Shown piece after piece: positions 47,735-57,276 of a stretch of DNA of 64,000 nucleotides. The notes under the pieces are model-generated. The model searched no databases, had not been told where the DNA came from, and worked only from the letters and a program-made list of their open reading frames with translations. Each line of letters begins with the position of its first letter. Within the stretch, counting starts at the first letter, position 1. A program made the position numbers and the translations under genes. This DNA comes from a virus. Lineage: Duplodnaviria > Caudoviricetes. Location of the stretch: positions 1 to 64,000 of IMG/VR virus record IMGVR_UViG_2671180089_000001; one strand, 5' to 3'.

Positions 47735-48787
47735 TCAGGAAAACAGGAGCTTCCAGGTCAGCGGGCCGGGGATGCCGTCGGCGTCGCCCTTGAGGGAGGC
47801 ATGCGCGAGCTGGAAGTCGCGGACGTTCTTCCGATCCGAGTCCGACCACTTCGGCCCCGGGCCCGAGGTGTAGTGCTTGCCGTAGCCCTTCCGGACGAGC
47901 TGCTGTCCGAGCAGGGTGATGGACGCATTGCTCTTGCCAGGGCCGAACTTGCCGACGCCGGGGAACGGCGGGGCCGGCTTCGCCGTGACCTTGCCCGGCA
48001 GGGTGCCCAGAAGCTCCTTGAGGGAGGTCACGCCCGGGACGCCATCCGCGTCCGCACCGCTGTAGCCGAGGGACTCCTGATAGTCCTGGTAGTTCCTCGT
48101 GTCCGCGTCAGTCCACGTCGGACCCGGGCCCGACGTGTAGTGCTTGCCGAACCCCTTCTTCACCAGGGCCCGGCCGACCTTGGTTACGTGGTCGCCCTTG
48201 GCGCCGTAGCCGTACGTCAGGTCGCTGATGGTGACCTGGGCACGGGAGACCTCGGAGCCGCCACTCGGAAGGGAGCCGCCCGGGTTCGGGGCCGCCTCGT
48301 AGTTCCCGGCCGGCATGCCCGCCTTGACCCAGGCGTACAGCTTGGTGCCGGGGCAGGCGGTCGCGAAGCCGTCCCGGTGGCCGCGCTTGGCCAGGGTGCG
48401 GCCGGTCTTCTTGCCTGCCTCCTCGTACAGCGCGCGGCATGCGGCCAGGGCCTTCGCGCTGGGCTCCTGGTCGCCGCCGATGGCGAACTGGACGCCGATG
48501 CCAGTGGTGTTGTGGTCGGGACAGTGGGCGCCCTGCAGGCCCCAGCCACGGCCCTCGTAGATGTTGCCGGCCTGGTCGATGACGAAGTTGTAGCCGACGC
48601 CGCTCCAGCCGTTGCCCAGGTGCTCCGCCTCGATGGCGCGCATGATCGCGTACCCGGTGCGGGTGATGTGGTGGGCTCCGTCGTAGTGGACGTAGAACTC
48701 GGTGCGCTTGGACAGCGGGACGGATGCCGGGGTGCCGTTCCACGGCTTCGCGCCCCAGGTGGCGCGGGAGATGATCTTTAGAGTCAT
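47735..48787 (-). CDS. Endolysin: amidase_2 domain plus two peptidoglycan-binding repeats
   Basis: [19 protein letters not shown]...IYEGRG...GAHC, GHRD...TACPG; two ...ADGxPG repeats. Confidence 0.92.
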   Translation of the reverse strand: MTLKIISRATWGAKPWNGTPASVPLSKRTEFYVHYDGAHHITRTGYAIMRAIEAEHLGNGWSGVGYNFVIDQAGNIYEGRGWGLQGAHCPDHNTTGIGVQFAIGGDQEPSAKALAACRALYEEAGKKTGRTLAKRGHRDGFATACPGTKLYAWVKAGMPAGNYEAAPNPGGSLPSGGSEVSRAQVTISDLTYGYGAKGDHVTKVGRALVKKGFGKHYTSGPGPTWTDADTRNYQDYQESLGYSGADADGVPGVTSLKELLGTLPGKVTAKPAPPFPGVGKFGPGKSNASITLLGQQLVRKGYGKHYTSGPGPKWSDSDRKNVRDFQLAHASLKGDADGIPGPLTWKLLFS

Positions 48788-48868
48788 GGGGTGGTGCCCT
48801 CCACTTGTTGATCGGTGGAGGGCACCGTGCAGGGCGCGGCCGGTTAACGTCGCGCGCTGCCGGGAGGA

Positions 48869-49513
48869 CTACTCGTCGACGACCTCGGCGTCGACGACGG
48901 AGCCGTCCTCGAGCTCCGGCGGGTACTCAACAGAGAACAGGCTGCGGTCCAGGCGCTCGGCGAGCGCGGACAGGTCAACGGCCTGATCGTCGGGGCCGGC
49001 GGCGAGGTCGCCCAGGCCGGTGATCTCGACGGCCACGATCGCGTCCTTGCCGTAGTGCTCGCGGTGCTGCCGCTCCAGGTACCAGGCATCGGCGCGCCAG
49101 TCGGGCGACGTGCGGTCCTCCACCGTCTCCTCGACGATCTCGCCGGTCACGGAGTCGCGGAACTTCCTGGTGGTGACCTTGGTGACGATGCCGCCGTCAG
49201 CGACCCGCCGGATGTTCATCATGGCGCGCGCGGCCGCCGTGGCGCGGGCGGTGCGGACCTTCTCGTACAGGGCCGCGTACTCCTCCTCGGCCGGGTCCGG
49301 CTTCTCGCCTGCCTCACGGGCCTCGACCTCGACGCGGCCGCGGGCCATCCACGCCAGGAAGCTCGAACGGGAAACCCCGGCCATCTCGGCGGCCAGCTCG
49401 ACGGCAACGCCGGTACGCGACGCGCCGACGAGGCGCGCCTCGACGTCGTCGGAGAGCAGGCGTGGCCGACCGCTGCGACCTTCGGGCCGGCGTGCCTTGC
49501 GTCGGATGGACAT
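48869..49513 (-). CDS. Probable terminase small subunit
   Basis: GRPRLL, HTH (AAEMAGVSRSSFLAW), DWRADAWYLER. Confidence 0.6.
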   Translation of the reverse strand: MSIRRKARRPEGRSGRPRLLSDDVEARLVGASRTGVAVELAAEMAGVSRSSFLAWMARGRVEVEAREAGEKPDPAEEEYAALYEKVRTARATAAARAMMNIRRVADGGIVTKVTTRKFRDSVTGEIVEETVEDRTSPDWRADAWYLERQHREHYGKDAIVAVEITGLGDLAAGPDDQAVDLSALAERLDRSLFSVEYPPELEDGSVVDAEVVDE

Positions 49514-49533
49514 GGTGTTCCTCGGAGGACGGG

Positions 49534-50169
49534 TCAGCGGCTGGACGTGAACATGTGCCCGCAGGCCGGGCAGGTGGCGTGCGGGGAGCGGCCCTCGTCG
49601 TCGGGGCTGAGGTCGCCGTCGCGTTCGCCGTCGTCGGGAAGGTGCAGCAGGGGCGTCTCGTCCTCGCGGCCGCCGCCGGGCAGGGTCTCGGGGTCGACCT
49701 GGCCGAGCAGCTTGTCGATCTCGTCGTGGGGGATGGCCAGGGAATCGAACAGCTCCGCGTCGCCGGTGGCCAGGTCCTCGAGGACCTCGGCAAGCTCGCG
49801 CGGATCCCATCCGCCCTCGCCGGGGAGCCGGTTGAGCTTGATGGCCAGGGCCTCGGCCTCGGCGTCGTTCTTCGAGGACCAGCCGCGCAGTACGGGGACA
49901 AGCCAGCCGCCGTCCTCGTCGATGACGATGCCGCTGGGTGCGCGCATCCCGCGGGACTGCATCTCGATCAGGGACTCACGGCGGCCGTGGCCGTGGAGAG
50001 TCTTCCGGGTGCGCTCGTCGACGACCGGGATCTCCACCAGGCCGTGCATGTCGATCGACGCGATCATGAGCTCGAGCTCGTGCCGCTTCGGGTTTCGGTC
50101 CGCCGGCATCAGGTCGGTCAGCGGCACGTAGGCGATGAAGCGCGGCGGCCTGGCGATCGTCTCGGTCAC
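49534..50169 (-). CDS. ParB/Srx N-terminal domain protein with a C-terminal Zn ribbon
   Basis: NPKRH...GLVEIPVVDE...LHGHGR; TCPACGHMF. Confidence 0.75.
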   Translation of the reverse strand: MTETIARPPRFIAYVPLTDLMPADRNPKRHELELMIASIDMHGLVEIPVVDERTRKTLHGHGRRESLIEMQSRGMRAPSGIVIDEDGGWLVPVLRGWSSKNDAEAEALAIKLNRLPGEGGWDPRELAEVLEDLATGDAELFDSLAIPHDEIDKLLGQVDPETLPGGGREDETPLLHLPDDGERDGDLSPDDEGRSPHATCPACGHMFTSSR

Positions 50170-50176
50170 GGCTGGT

Positions 50177-50383
50177 GCGGTCCTCTCCCATGCGTCGATG
50201 TCCCGACGGCGGGGGAGGGCTGCGAGCCCGCGGACTTCAACCGCGGCGCCCCGCCTCGCAAGCAGGGCGATGCCGTCATGGCCGACCCCCACCCGCCACC
50301 GGGCCGCCTCCGCCCTCGTTCCGGTTGGGGCGGAGCCGGGGCCCCGCCGCTACCGGTGACGTCGCCGGGCGCTGCAGAACCGC
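50177..50383 (-). ncRNA. Candidate structured 5' leader with tRNA-like arms
   Basis: T-arm-like CGCGG-UUGAAGU-CCGCG, an anticodon-like arm with a 7-nt loop, and a closing helix; the 5' end is complementary to the RBS region. Confidence 0.45.
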
Positions 50384-50431
50384 GAGGAACGTAGAGGGGC
50401 GCGCCGCTTGTGTCGCGTGCTCCACAAAGCA

Positions 50432-50479
50432 TTTCCCTGGGTGTACTATTCGGAGTGGCTGGGAGAGCAACCCAGCTAC
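50432..50479 (+). promoter_or_regulatory. Early box plus AGAGCAA hairpin driving the replication operon
   Basis: TTTCCCTGGGTGTACTATT, then GUGGCUGGG-AGAGCAA-CCCAGCUAC. Confidence 0.8.
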
Positions 50480-50599
50480 CTGGGCCTAGGTGTAACAAAT
50501 TTCGGCCGGTGACGTACCTCCATACGACGCCCCGAAGACACCCCGCCCGGGACAACCCGAATCCTGGGCCTGGCGTCCGGGGAAGAGAGGAACACCGAG

Positions 50600-51202
50600 A
50601 TGTCGAACGACGTCGCCGACGACACCCAGGCCGAGGAGCCCATCGGCGTCCCGCTGTCCACCCTCGCGCTGGTCGGGGCACTTGCCCGCGCGATGGAGGA
50701 CCACCAGCGGGAAGTCATCAAACCTCGGAAGGACGCCCCGCGCGACCCCCTCGTCGAGGACTTCCTGGCGACGAAGAAGCCGGAACTCGTCGTCGAGATC
50801 GACGGCGAGAAGGTGGGCCACTACAAGGTCAACGTCACCAGGGACCGGTTCGAGGTCGCCGACGACTCAGCGTTCGAGGCGTACGCGGAGGAGAAGGGCG
50901 AGATTGACATCGTCATCGTCCCGAAGCCCGCGTTCGTGGATGCAGTTCTTGCACATGCGCAGCGTGACCCTGAGACGGGCACCATCTTCGATTCGCGGTC
51001 CGGCGAGGTCATCCCGGGTCTCCAGTTCGTGTCGGGCGGGAAGCCCACCGGCACCGTCACCTGGACTTGGAACAGGTTCAAGGGGCGCCCGATCGGTAAG
51101 GGCGTACTTCTGGCCGCGTACAAGCGCGGTCGGCTCGACGAGTTCCTCAAGGAGACGCCGGAGCTGTTGCCCAAGGCACAGCCCGGCGCGCGCGACGAGT
51201 GA
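50600..51202 (+). CDS. Phage protein, possibly Gam/Gp157-like
   Basis: DPETGTIFD..SGEVIPGL motif; RBS GAGGA. Confidence 0.55.
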   Translation: MSNDVADDTQAEEPIGVPLSTLALVGALARAMEDHQREVIKPRKDAPRDPLVEDFLATKKPELVVEIDGEKVGHYKVNVTRDRFEVADDSAFEAYAEEKGEIDIVIVPKPAFVDAVLAHAQRDPETGTIFDSRSGEVIPGLQFVSGGKPTGTVTWTWNRFKGRPIGKGVLLAAYKRGRLDEFLKETPELLPKAQPGARDE

Positions 51203-51261
51203 CACCGACCGCTTGGGCCCGGCCCCCTGCGGCCGGGCCCCTCTCCCTGGGGACCAGCACC

Positions 51262-51540
51262 ATGACCGCCACCGCGACCGCCGCCCGGAAGCTCTCCGAC
51301 CGCGCGCACCGCATCGTCTTCGAACTCGCCCTGCACGGCGGTGAGTGGGTCGACGTCACCGACATCTACACCCGCCTTGGGCTGACCTCGCACCAGGTGC
51401 GCAGCGCCCTGAACGAACTGATCTACGCGGGCATGGCCGAGAGGGAACGGCGCCCGGTGGCCTCCGAAACCGGATGCCGCCGCACGCACCGGACCTACTT
51501 CCGCCTGACCGACGAAACCCCGAGCGAGGCCCCTGCATGA
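51262..51540 (+). CDS. Winged-HTH protein
   Basis: VTDIYTRLGLTSHQVRSALNELIYAG. Confidence 0.7.
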   Translation: MTATATAARKLSDRAHRIVFELALHGGEWVDVTDIYTRLGLTSHQVRSALNELIYAGMAERERRPVASETGCRRTHRTYFRLTDETPSEAPA

Positions 51541-52586
51541 GCCGCCTGACCAGCCCCACCGGGGTGCGAGTCAACCGGCGTCCCCGGTTCGTCGCCATCG
51601 ACTCCAAGACGATCCGGGACACCACCATCAGCTACCGCGCGCTGGGGCTGCTCGGCTACATCCTGGACCAGAAGGAGGGGTGGCAGGTCCGATCCGACCA
51701 GCTCTCCAAGGGCGAGGGACGCGAGGGGCGCGGCGCGGTCCGTACGGCGCTGCGCGAGCTCGCCGAGCGCGGCTACTACCGGCTCGAGCGCCGCAGGCTG
51801 CGCACCGGCAAGTGCGTGATGGGCACGGCCGTCTCGGAGTACCCCGTCGAGCAGTGGATCAAGGACCACGAGATTTTCAGCACCGTGTCCGACCCGGCCG
51901 TCCCCGTGGTCGAGCAGGAAGACGGCTCGTTCCTCGTCGAGTACCCCGACGGCACCTTCGGCAGCGACGGGTTCGAGTCGGACCCGTTCGACAACGAGGA
52001 GCCGCCCGCCGATCCCGAGCCGGAGCCGGAGCCGGAGGACAGCGGCGAGGAGGACGAGGACACCGCGGAGGAACCGCCGGCCGAGCCGGAGAAGCCCCCG
52101 GTCCGCCCCCGGCGCACCCGCCGCACCTCGGCGCAGAAGGCGGCCGACGACGAGCAGAAGGCCGCCGAGAAGAAGCAGAAGGACGAGAAGAAGGCCGCCC
52201 TGGACGCCGCCGTCGAGGCGGTCGCGAAGTGGTGGTGGGAGGACGCCGAGAAGCACCTCGGCAAGTACGTCGGGAAGACCAACGGCTACTTGGCCATGCG
52301 CGGCATGGTGAAGAAGGCCCTCGAGGCGGGCTACACCCAACGGCAGTGCGCCGATGCCCTGCGGCACGCACGTAAGCACCTGCCCAGCGCGCAGCAGTGG
52401 CAGACCGCCCTCGGAGTCGCCACGAACCACATCGTCCCGAGCCAGCCCACCGGCCGGATCCCGTACAGCGACAAGGCGACGTGGGGTGCCCAGAACGACG
52501 CCCCGCCGTCCACGCCCGGCGACGCCCCCACCCCGGCCGCTGACGACTCCGACGACGCCACGTTCGGCGTCATCGCACGATCGTAA
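51537..52586 (+). CDS. Phage replication initiator (O-like wHTH)
   Basis: FVAIDS..IRD..ISYRALGLL.YIL...EGRGAVRTALRELAERGY; directly upstream of the loader ATPase. Confidence 0.75.
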   Translation: MSRLTSPTGVRVNRRPRFVAIDSKTIRDTTISYRALGLLGYILDQKEGWQVRSDQLSKGEGREGRGAVRTALRELAERGYYRLERRRLRTGKCVMGTAVSEYPVEQWIKDHEIFSTVSDPAVPVVEQEDGSFLVEYPDGTFGSDGFESDPFDNEEPPADPEPEPEPEDSGEEDEDTAEEPPAEPEKPPVRPRRTRRTSAQKAADDEQKAAEKKQKDEKKAALDAAVEAVAKWWWEDAEKHLGKYVGKTNGYLAMRGMVKKALEAGYTQRQCADALRHARKHLPSAQQWQTALGVATNHIVPSQPTGRIPYSDKATWGAQNDAPPSTPGDAPTPAADDSDDATFGVIARS

Positions 52587-52598
52587 GGAGCGCACCCG

Positions 52599-53408
52599 AT
52601 GTCGGCCACCACTCACGCCGCCCCCGCGCGCGGCATGAACGCCCTCGGCGACCTGAGCGAGCACATCGTCCGGGTGCTGCAGAAGAACGGCGCCGACATA
52701 TCCCAGCTCGGCATGCCGCCCCAGCCCGAACCCGAAGACGGGCTCTGGGAGGACGTCTCGGTTCCCCAGGCCCGCGCCCGCCTGAACATGTGGAGGAACA
52801 GCATCTACGACGCAGCCCAGAACGAGTACCTGGCCTTCCGCTTCAGCCACCTTGACGACAACCAGAAGCCGAACACCCTGCGGGGGTGGCTCGACTCCCT
52901 GGTCGAGGCGAAGAAGCTGGATGCCCGCCCGTCGGTCCTCAACATGCTCATCCCGGGGCCCATCGGCAGCGGAAAGAGTGCCGCGGCGTGCGCCCTCGGC
53001 AACGAGGCCGCGGAGCGCGGGCTGTGGGCGCTGTACGTGAAGCACGCGACGTACCTGACGTGGCGTCGCCCCGACTCCGCGCCGCACAACATGAAGGCGT
53101 GGGAGGTCCGAAAGCGGTTCGTCGAGTGTGACCTCCTGGTCCTCGACGAGCTGTGCGGCGAGATGGACGTCACCGCGACCGAGTTCGCCCGGCGGGAGAC
53201 CATCGACCTGATCGACGCCCGTATCTCCGCCGGGCGGCCCACCGCGTACACCACCAACCTGCGCAGCCGCAGGCAGCCGGGAAGCCAGGCCATGGGCGTA
53301 GTCGACATCCTGGGGGAGCGGCTGCTGTCCCGGCTCGAGTCCTCGGCGCACCTGGCGAAGATCGTGGGCCCGGACCGGCGGAAGCCCGTGCAGGCTCTCG
53401 ACTGGTGA
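52599..53408 (+). CDS. DnaC/IstB-like helicase loader ATPase
   Basis: GPIGSGKS, DLLVLDEL, PTAYTTNL, GERLLSRL, GPDRR. Confidence 0.88.
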   Translation: MSATTHAAPARGMNALGDLSEHIVRVLQKNGADISQLGMPPQPEPEDGLWEDVSVPQARARLNMWRNSIYDAAQNEYLAFRFSHLDDNQKPNTLRGWLDSLVEAKKLDARPSVLNMLIPGPIGSGKSAAACALGNEAAERGLWALYVKHATYLTWRRPDSAPHNMKAWEVRKRFVECDLLVLDELCGEMDVTATEFARRETIDLIDARISAGRPTAYTTNLRSRRQPGSQAMGVVDILGERLLSRLESSAHLAKIVGPDRRKPVQALDW

Positions 53409-53559
53409 TCCGGGGTCAAACGCCCTGTATGTCGCTGTTGCTGGCGGGGTGTGGGCGTCGGTAAAGGCGCAGGAGGCGGAAGACGCTATATCGTTTGGTC
53501 GACCCGGGAGGCCATGAGCATAAGCCGACCGGGGAGACCCGAACGAGAGGAAAGGTGTC

Positions 53560-54813
53560 TTGAAGCTGCCGTTCACCCGTGCCCGCGAGGGCGACGAACC
53601 GCAGACCCCCGTCGACCACGAGCCGAGCTCCACCGACTCCGCCGATTCCGGCGTCCCTCCGCTCAGTCTCTGGGAGCGCCGCGGTATCAAGCTGACCGCA
53701 CTGGGCGGAGCCGGCGTCGGCGGCCTCGGCTTCTACGCGTCGTTCGACGCCGTGTCCGCCAAGGCCCTGGAGTGGGGCTTTGACGAGCCGTGGGTTCTGC
53801 CCACCGCCATCGACTCCGCCATCCCCGTGTTCACGGGCGCCTACCTGTTCCTCATTCGCATGGACATGCGGCTGTGGTGGGCGCGGCTCGTCCCCTGGGC
53901 GCTGAGCCTGATCACCTGCGCCCTGAACGTCGCGGCCGGTACCTCGCTGTGGTCCAAGGTCGCGCACGGCGCCATGTCCCTGCTGTGGGTCGCCGTCTCC
54001 GAGATCGCCGCGCACACCTACGCCGTGCGGATCGGCGCGGCCACCGGCCGACGCCGCCGCATGGACAAGGTCCGGTGGGCCCGATGGATCCTGGCCCCAC
54101 TGCCCACCTTCCTGCTGTGGCGCCGCATGAAGCTGTGGGAGCTCACGTCGTACGACACGGTCCTCGAGCTCGAACAGGGACGGCTCCTCTACCAGGCAAA
54201 GCTCCGCGCCCGGTTCGGTCGGGCCTGGCGCACGAAGGCGCCCGTCGAGTCCCTGATGCCGCTCCGTCTCGCCCGTACCGGGATCCCGCTGCAGGAGACC
54301 GCCGCGGACGGGCTACGCGCTGCGGGCCTCGAACTGGGCATCTTCGCCCCTCCGGTCGCCCCCGTTGAGGAGCTCCCGGCCCTTCCCACACCCGTGCCGG
54401 CAGCCGCCGTACCTGCGGCGTCCCTGAAGCCGCGCCGGATCACGGCCACCGTCCCCTCACAGCCGGCGAAGGTCCTCAAGCCGGCGCCGACGCCGGAGGA
54501 GCCCACGGCCGCGGCCGCGGAGGAGCCGGGCGAGCCGCAGCCGTATGTGGTCCCGTCGTGGAGCACCGAAGGGGAGCTGCGCGAGATCCTCGTGCAGGTC
54601 ATCGACGGCAAGCACCGCGACGTGTTCGACGGCCCTCTGACCGGTGCTGCGATTGCGGAGGTCCTCGGCCAGAGCGAGGGCAACGGGCGCAAGGTCCGCG
54701 GTCGCATCATCAAGGAGTACGCCGCGCAGAGGGGTGTCCAGATTCCGCCGCGCGCGACCGTCGACGACGTCTTCGCCGCGTTCGACCAGGCGCTGACGGC
54801 AACCGGCTCGTAA
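53560..54813 (+). CDS. DUF2637/SpdB-like plasmid membrane protein
   Basis: GFYASFDAV...LPTAID...TCALNVAA...RW.LAP.PTF.LWRRMKLWE. Confidence 0.75.
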   Translation: MKLPFTRAREGDEPQTPVDHEPSSTDSADSGVPPLSLWERRGIKLTALGGAGVGGLGFYASFDAVSAKALEWGFDEPWVLPTAIDSAIPVFTGAYLFLIRMDMRLWWARLVPWALSLITCALNVAAGTSLWSKVAHGAMSLLWVAVSEIAAHTYAVRIGAATGRRRRMDKVRWARWILAPLPTFLLWRRMKLWELTSYDTVLELEQGRLLYQAKLRARFGRAWRTKAPVESLMPLRLARTGIPLQETAADGLRAAGLELGIFAPPVAPVEELPALPTPVPAAAVPAASLKPRRITATVPSQPAKVLKPAPTPEEPTAAAAEEPGEPQPYVVPSWSTEGELREILVQVIDGKHRDVFDGPLTGAAIAEVLGQSEGNGRKVRGRIIKEYAAQRGVQIPPRATVDDVFAAFDQALTATGS

Positions 54814-54890
54814 GGCATCCTGCCCCTACCCGTACCGAAGCGGCGGGCCCCCGACCTGGGGTGCCCGCCGCCTGCATGATCGGACCCTTC

Positions 54891-55304
54891 ATGACACCGG
54901 AGATCCTGGCCCGGATCGCCACCGCCCGCGCCGCCCGCGACCTGTCCGACCTCGCCCGGCAGGCAGTCGCCACCACCGCCGAGACCACCAGCCCGGCCGA
55001 GCGCATCCGTCGGGCGCGCGAGCTGCGCGAGCTGACCAATCAGCTCGTCGACCTGGTCGTGCTCGCCGAGTCGTTCGGGGGCGCGTCTTGGGAGGAAATC
55101 ACGGCAGCACTTGGCCGGCGCGACCCGGGCACGGTGCGGAGGGAGTTCGCCGGCGACATCGCCGACTGGGGCGGGAAGTCCGAGGAGGAGCTCGAGCGCG
55201 CGGCCGAGGGGTACGAGGCGCTTGACCAGTGGTACGCGCGGCACCGGGAGGACCAGGACCCCGAGGGTTCAACTCCCGTCGCCGATCTGCTCAACCGGCA
55301 TTGA
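54891..55304 (+). CDS. Small HTH-like protein
   Basis: GASWEEITAALG motif (start may be 54876). Confidence 0.6.
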   Translation: MTPEILARIATARAARDLSDLARQAVATTAETTSPAERIRRARELRELTNQLVDLVVLAESFGGASWEEITAALGRRDPGTVRREFAGDIADWGGKSEEELERAAEGYEALDQWYARHREDQDPEGSTPVADLLNRH

Positions 55305-55424
55305 GCTATCCCGCCGAGCGGGTAGAATAGTAAGCCGATGGCAACGGCGAGAGGCTAACCCCTCTGCCGTTGCATCCTCCGCGGGAGAGCAACCCGGGGA
55401 ACCACGAAGTAGAGGAACAGCCAG

Positions 55425-57194
55425 ATGCCTGGTATCACCGCGCCTCAGCGCGCCCGCACGTCCCGCCGACCGACTGGCCTGCCGAACCCGCCGATGATCC
55501 TTATCGCGGGCCCGGAGAAGACCGGCAAGAGCCGCGTTGCGGCTGAGGGCACCGCCTCCGAGCTGGTCGGGATGACGTACTGGATCGAGATCGGCGGCTC
55601 CGAGGGCACGGCCGACTACTACGGTCGGATCCCCGGGGCCAACTACGAGATCGTGTCCCACAATGGCAGCTACCAGGACATCCTCGACGCCGTTCGGTGG
55701 GCCGTCGCGCAGCCGCCTGCCGTCGAGGGCAAGCGGAACATGATCGTGGTCGACAACGTGTCCGTGCTGTGGGACATGCTCAGCGACGAGCAGGCCCTCT
55801 ACGCCCGGTGGCGCGCGGAGAGGAAGGCGCAGGAGCAGCGCCGCCGCGGCCCGAACCCGGACCTTCCCGTCACGGTGGACCCCGACCTGTGGAACCGGGC
55901 GAAGGACCGATGGGGAGAGATCCTCTGGCTTCTGCGTCGGCACTCCGGCCCCACGATCCTGCTCGCCCGCCAGGAACTCGTCACCGCGTTCGAGAACGAC
56001 AAGCCGACCCGGGACAAGACCCGCAAGACCAAGGCCGAGAAGAACCTCCCGGCGTCCGTTGACGCCATCGTTGAACTTCACGCGCTGGGGGAGGCGTACC
56101 TGACCGGCGTGCGCACCCTGCACTGGGAAGTCACGCCCGGACAGAGCGAGCGGTTCGAGAATTTCAGTATCGACACCCTGCTCCGCCGCATGGGCTTTCA
56201 GGAGGCCGCGGCCGCCCGACAGGTCACCGAGACGCGGCCGCACGCGTACCTGGACGAGCAGCAGGTGCAGCGGGAGCAGCAGCAGCGCCCCCAGCAGCAG
56301 CGACAGCAGCGGCCCGACCAACGGCAGGGGCAGGGGCCCGCCCGGCAGGACGAGCGGCCGAAGCTGACCGGCGACCAGGCCGTCGAGCTGATCCGTAAGG
56401 CGCTCGCCGACGAGAACAACCCGGAGGCCGCGCTGCACAACATCCGGGAACAGTGGGGCATGGTCACCCTGCGGCAGATCCAGACCCGCACAGAGGCCTG
56501 GGGCGGGATGAACGCGGACGACCTGATCACCCGCTCCCTCGCATACGCCAAGGGCCGCGCCGAACAGAAGCGGCAGCAGGGAACCGGGAGCGCCGGGCAG
56601 GCCCCGTCCGCGCAGCCGAGCACGGCTCCGAGTGCGCCTCCGGAGCAAACTCCGACCGCATCCACGGCCACGCCCCCGGCCCAAGGCCAGGGCCAGGGCC
56701 AGCCGGAGGGTGCCCGCGAGCACCAGACGCACGAGGACCTCGAGCCGCCGGCCGATGACAACGCACCCCCGCCGCCGCCGGACCCCCAGTTCGACGACGA
56801 GCCCCCGGTCGACGAGCGCCCGGAGGAGGTCAGCGAGGCCGAGGAGCCCCAGGCGGCCCCCTCCGCACCGGCAGCCGCCGCGGCGCCTCGGGCAACGCGC
56901 CAGACGCGCGGCGAAAAGCTGGCACTCAAGGCGCTGAACGCCGAGGCAGTCGTCCAGGCCCGGATCAAGATGATGACGGTGGGTGAGCACCTCGGGCCTA
57001 TCTCCGAGGCGGGCGACCCGCCCATGACCGTGCTCCGGGACTACCTCCAGCAGCACCGGCCCGTGATCATCGCCCAGCTCGAGCAGGAGGGGCAGACGGA
57101 GCTCGCCGCCTACTACCGGAAGGCGCCGACCGTCGATCCTCAGATTCAGCAGAGGTTCGCTCAGTACTTCGAGGGCGCGCCCGCCGGGAAGTGA
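55425..57194 (+). CDS. AAA_24/Sak4-like recombination ATPase with a long low-complexity C-terminal region
   Basis: AGPEKTGKS, IVVDNVS; AGAGCAA hairpin at 55382-55396. Confidence 0.75.
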   Translation: MPGITAPQRARTSRRPTGLPNPPMILIAGPEKTGKSRVAAEGTASELVGMTYWIEIGGSEGTADYYGRIPGANYEIVSHNGSYQDILDAVRWAVAQPPAVEGKRNMIVVDNVSVLWDMLSDEQALYARWRAERKAQEQRRRGPNPDLPVTVDPDLWNRAKDRWGEILWLLRRHSGPTILLARQELVTAFENDKPTRDKTRKTKAEKNLPASVDAIVELHALGEAYLTGVRTLHWEVTPGQSERFENFSIDTLLRRMGFQEAAAARQVTETRPHAYLDEQQVQREQQQRPQQQRQQRPDQRQGQGPARQDERPKLTGDQAVELIRKALADENNPEAALHNIREQWGMVTLRQIQTRTEAWGGMNADDLITRSLAYAKGRAEQKRQQGTGSAGQAPSAQPSTAPSAPPEQTPTASTATPPAQGQGQGQPEGAREHQTHEDLEPPADDNAPPPPPDPQFDDEPPVDERPEEVSEAEEPQAAPSAPAAAAAPRATRQTRGEKLALKALNAEAVVQARIKMMTVGEHLGPISEAGDPPMTVLRDYLQQHRPVIIAQLEQEGQTELAAYYRKAPTVDPQIQQRFAQYFEGAPAGK

Positions 57195-57276
57195 CGTGAG
57201 GTGATGCGCGCCCGGCCCCCTTCGGGCGCGCGCCTCCGCCGCTCCGCTCCTCCGCGCTTTCATCACCTCACGTCAC
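57191..57276. repeat. 16-bp perfect inverted repeat of GTGA(C/G/T) units
   Basis: GTGACGTGAGGTGATG / CATCACCTCACGTCAC. Confidence 0.7.

Noticed and set aside
50221-50291. Functional tRNA gene (anticodon GCG)
   Set aside because: Non-canonical T loop (UUGAAGU), minimal D arm, mismatched acceptor stem and no CCA; kept only as a tRNA-like leader.
52599-53408. IS21 IstB
   Set aside because: No IstA transposase or terminal repeats; it follows a phage-type initiator, so DnaC-like is more likely.
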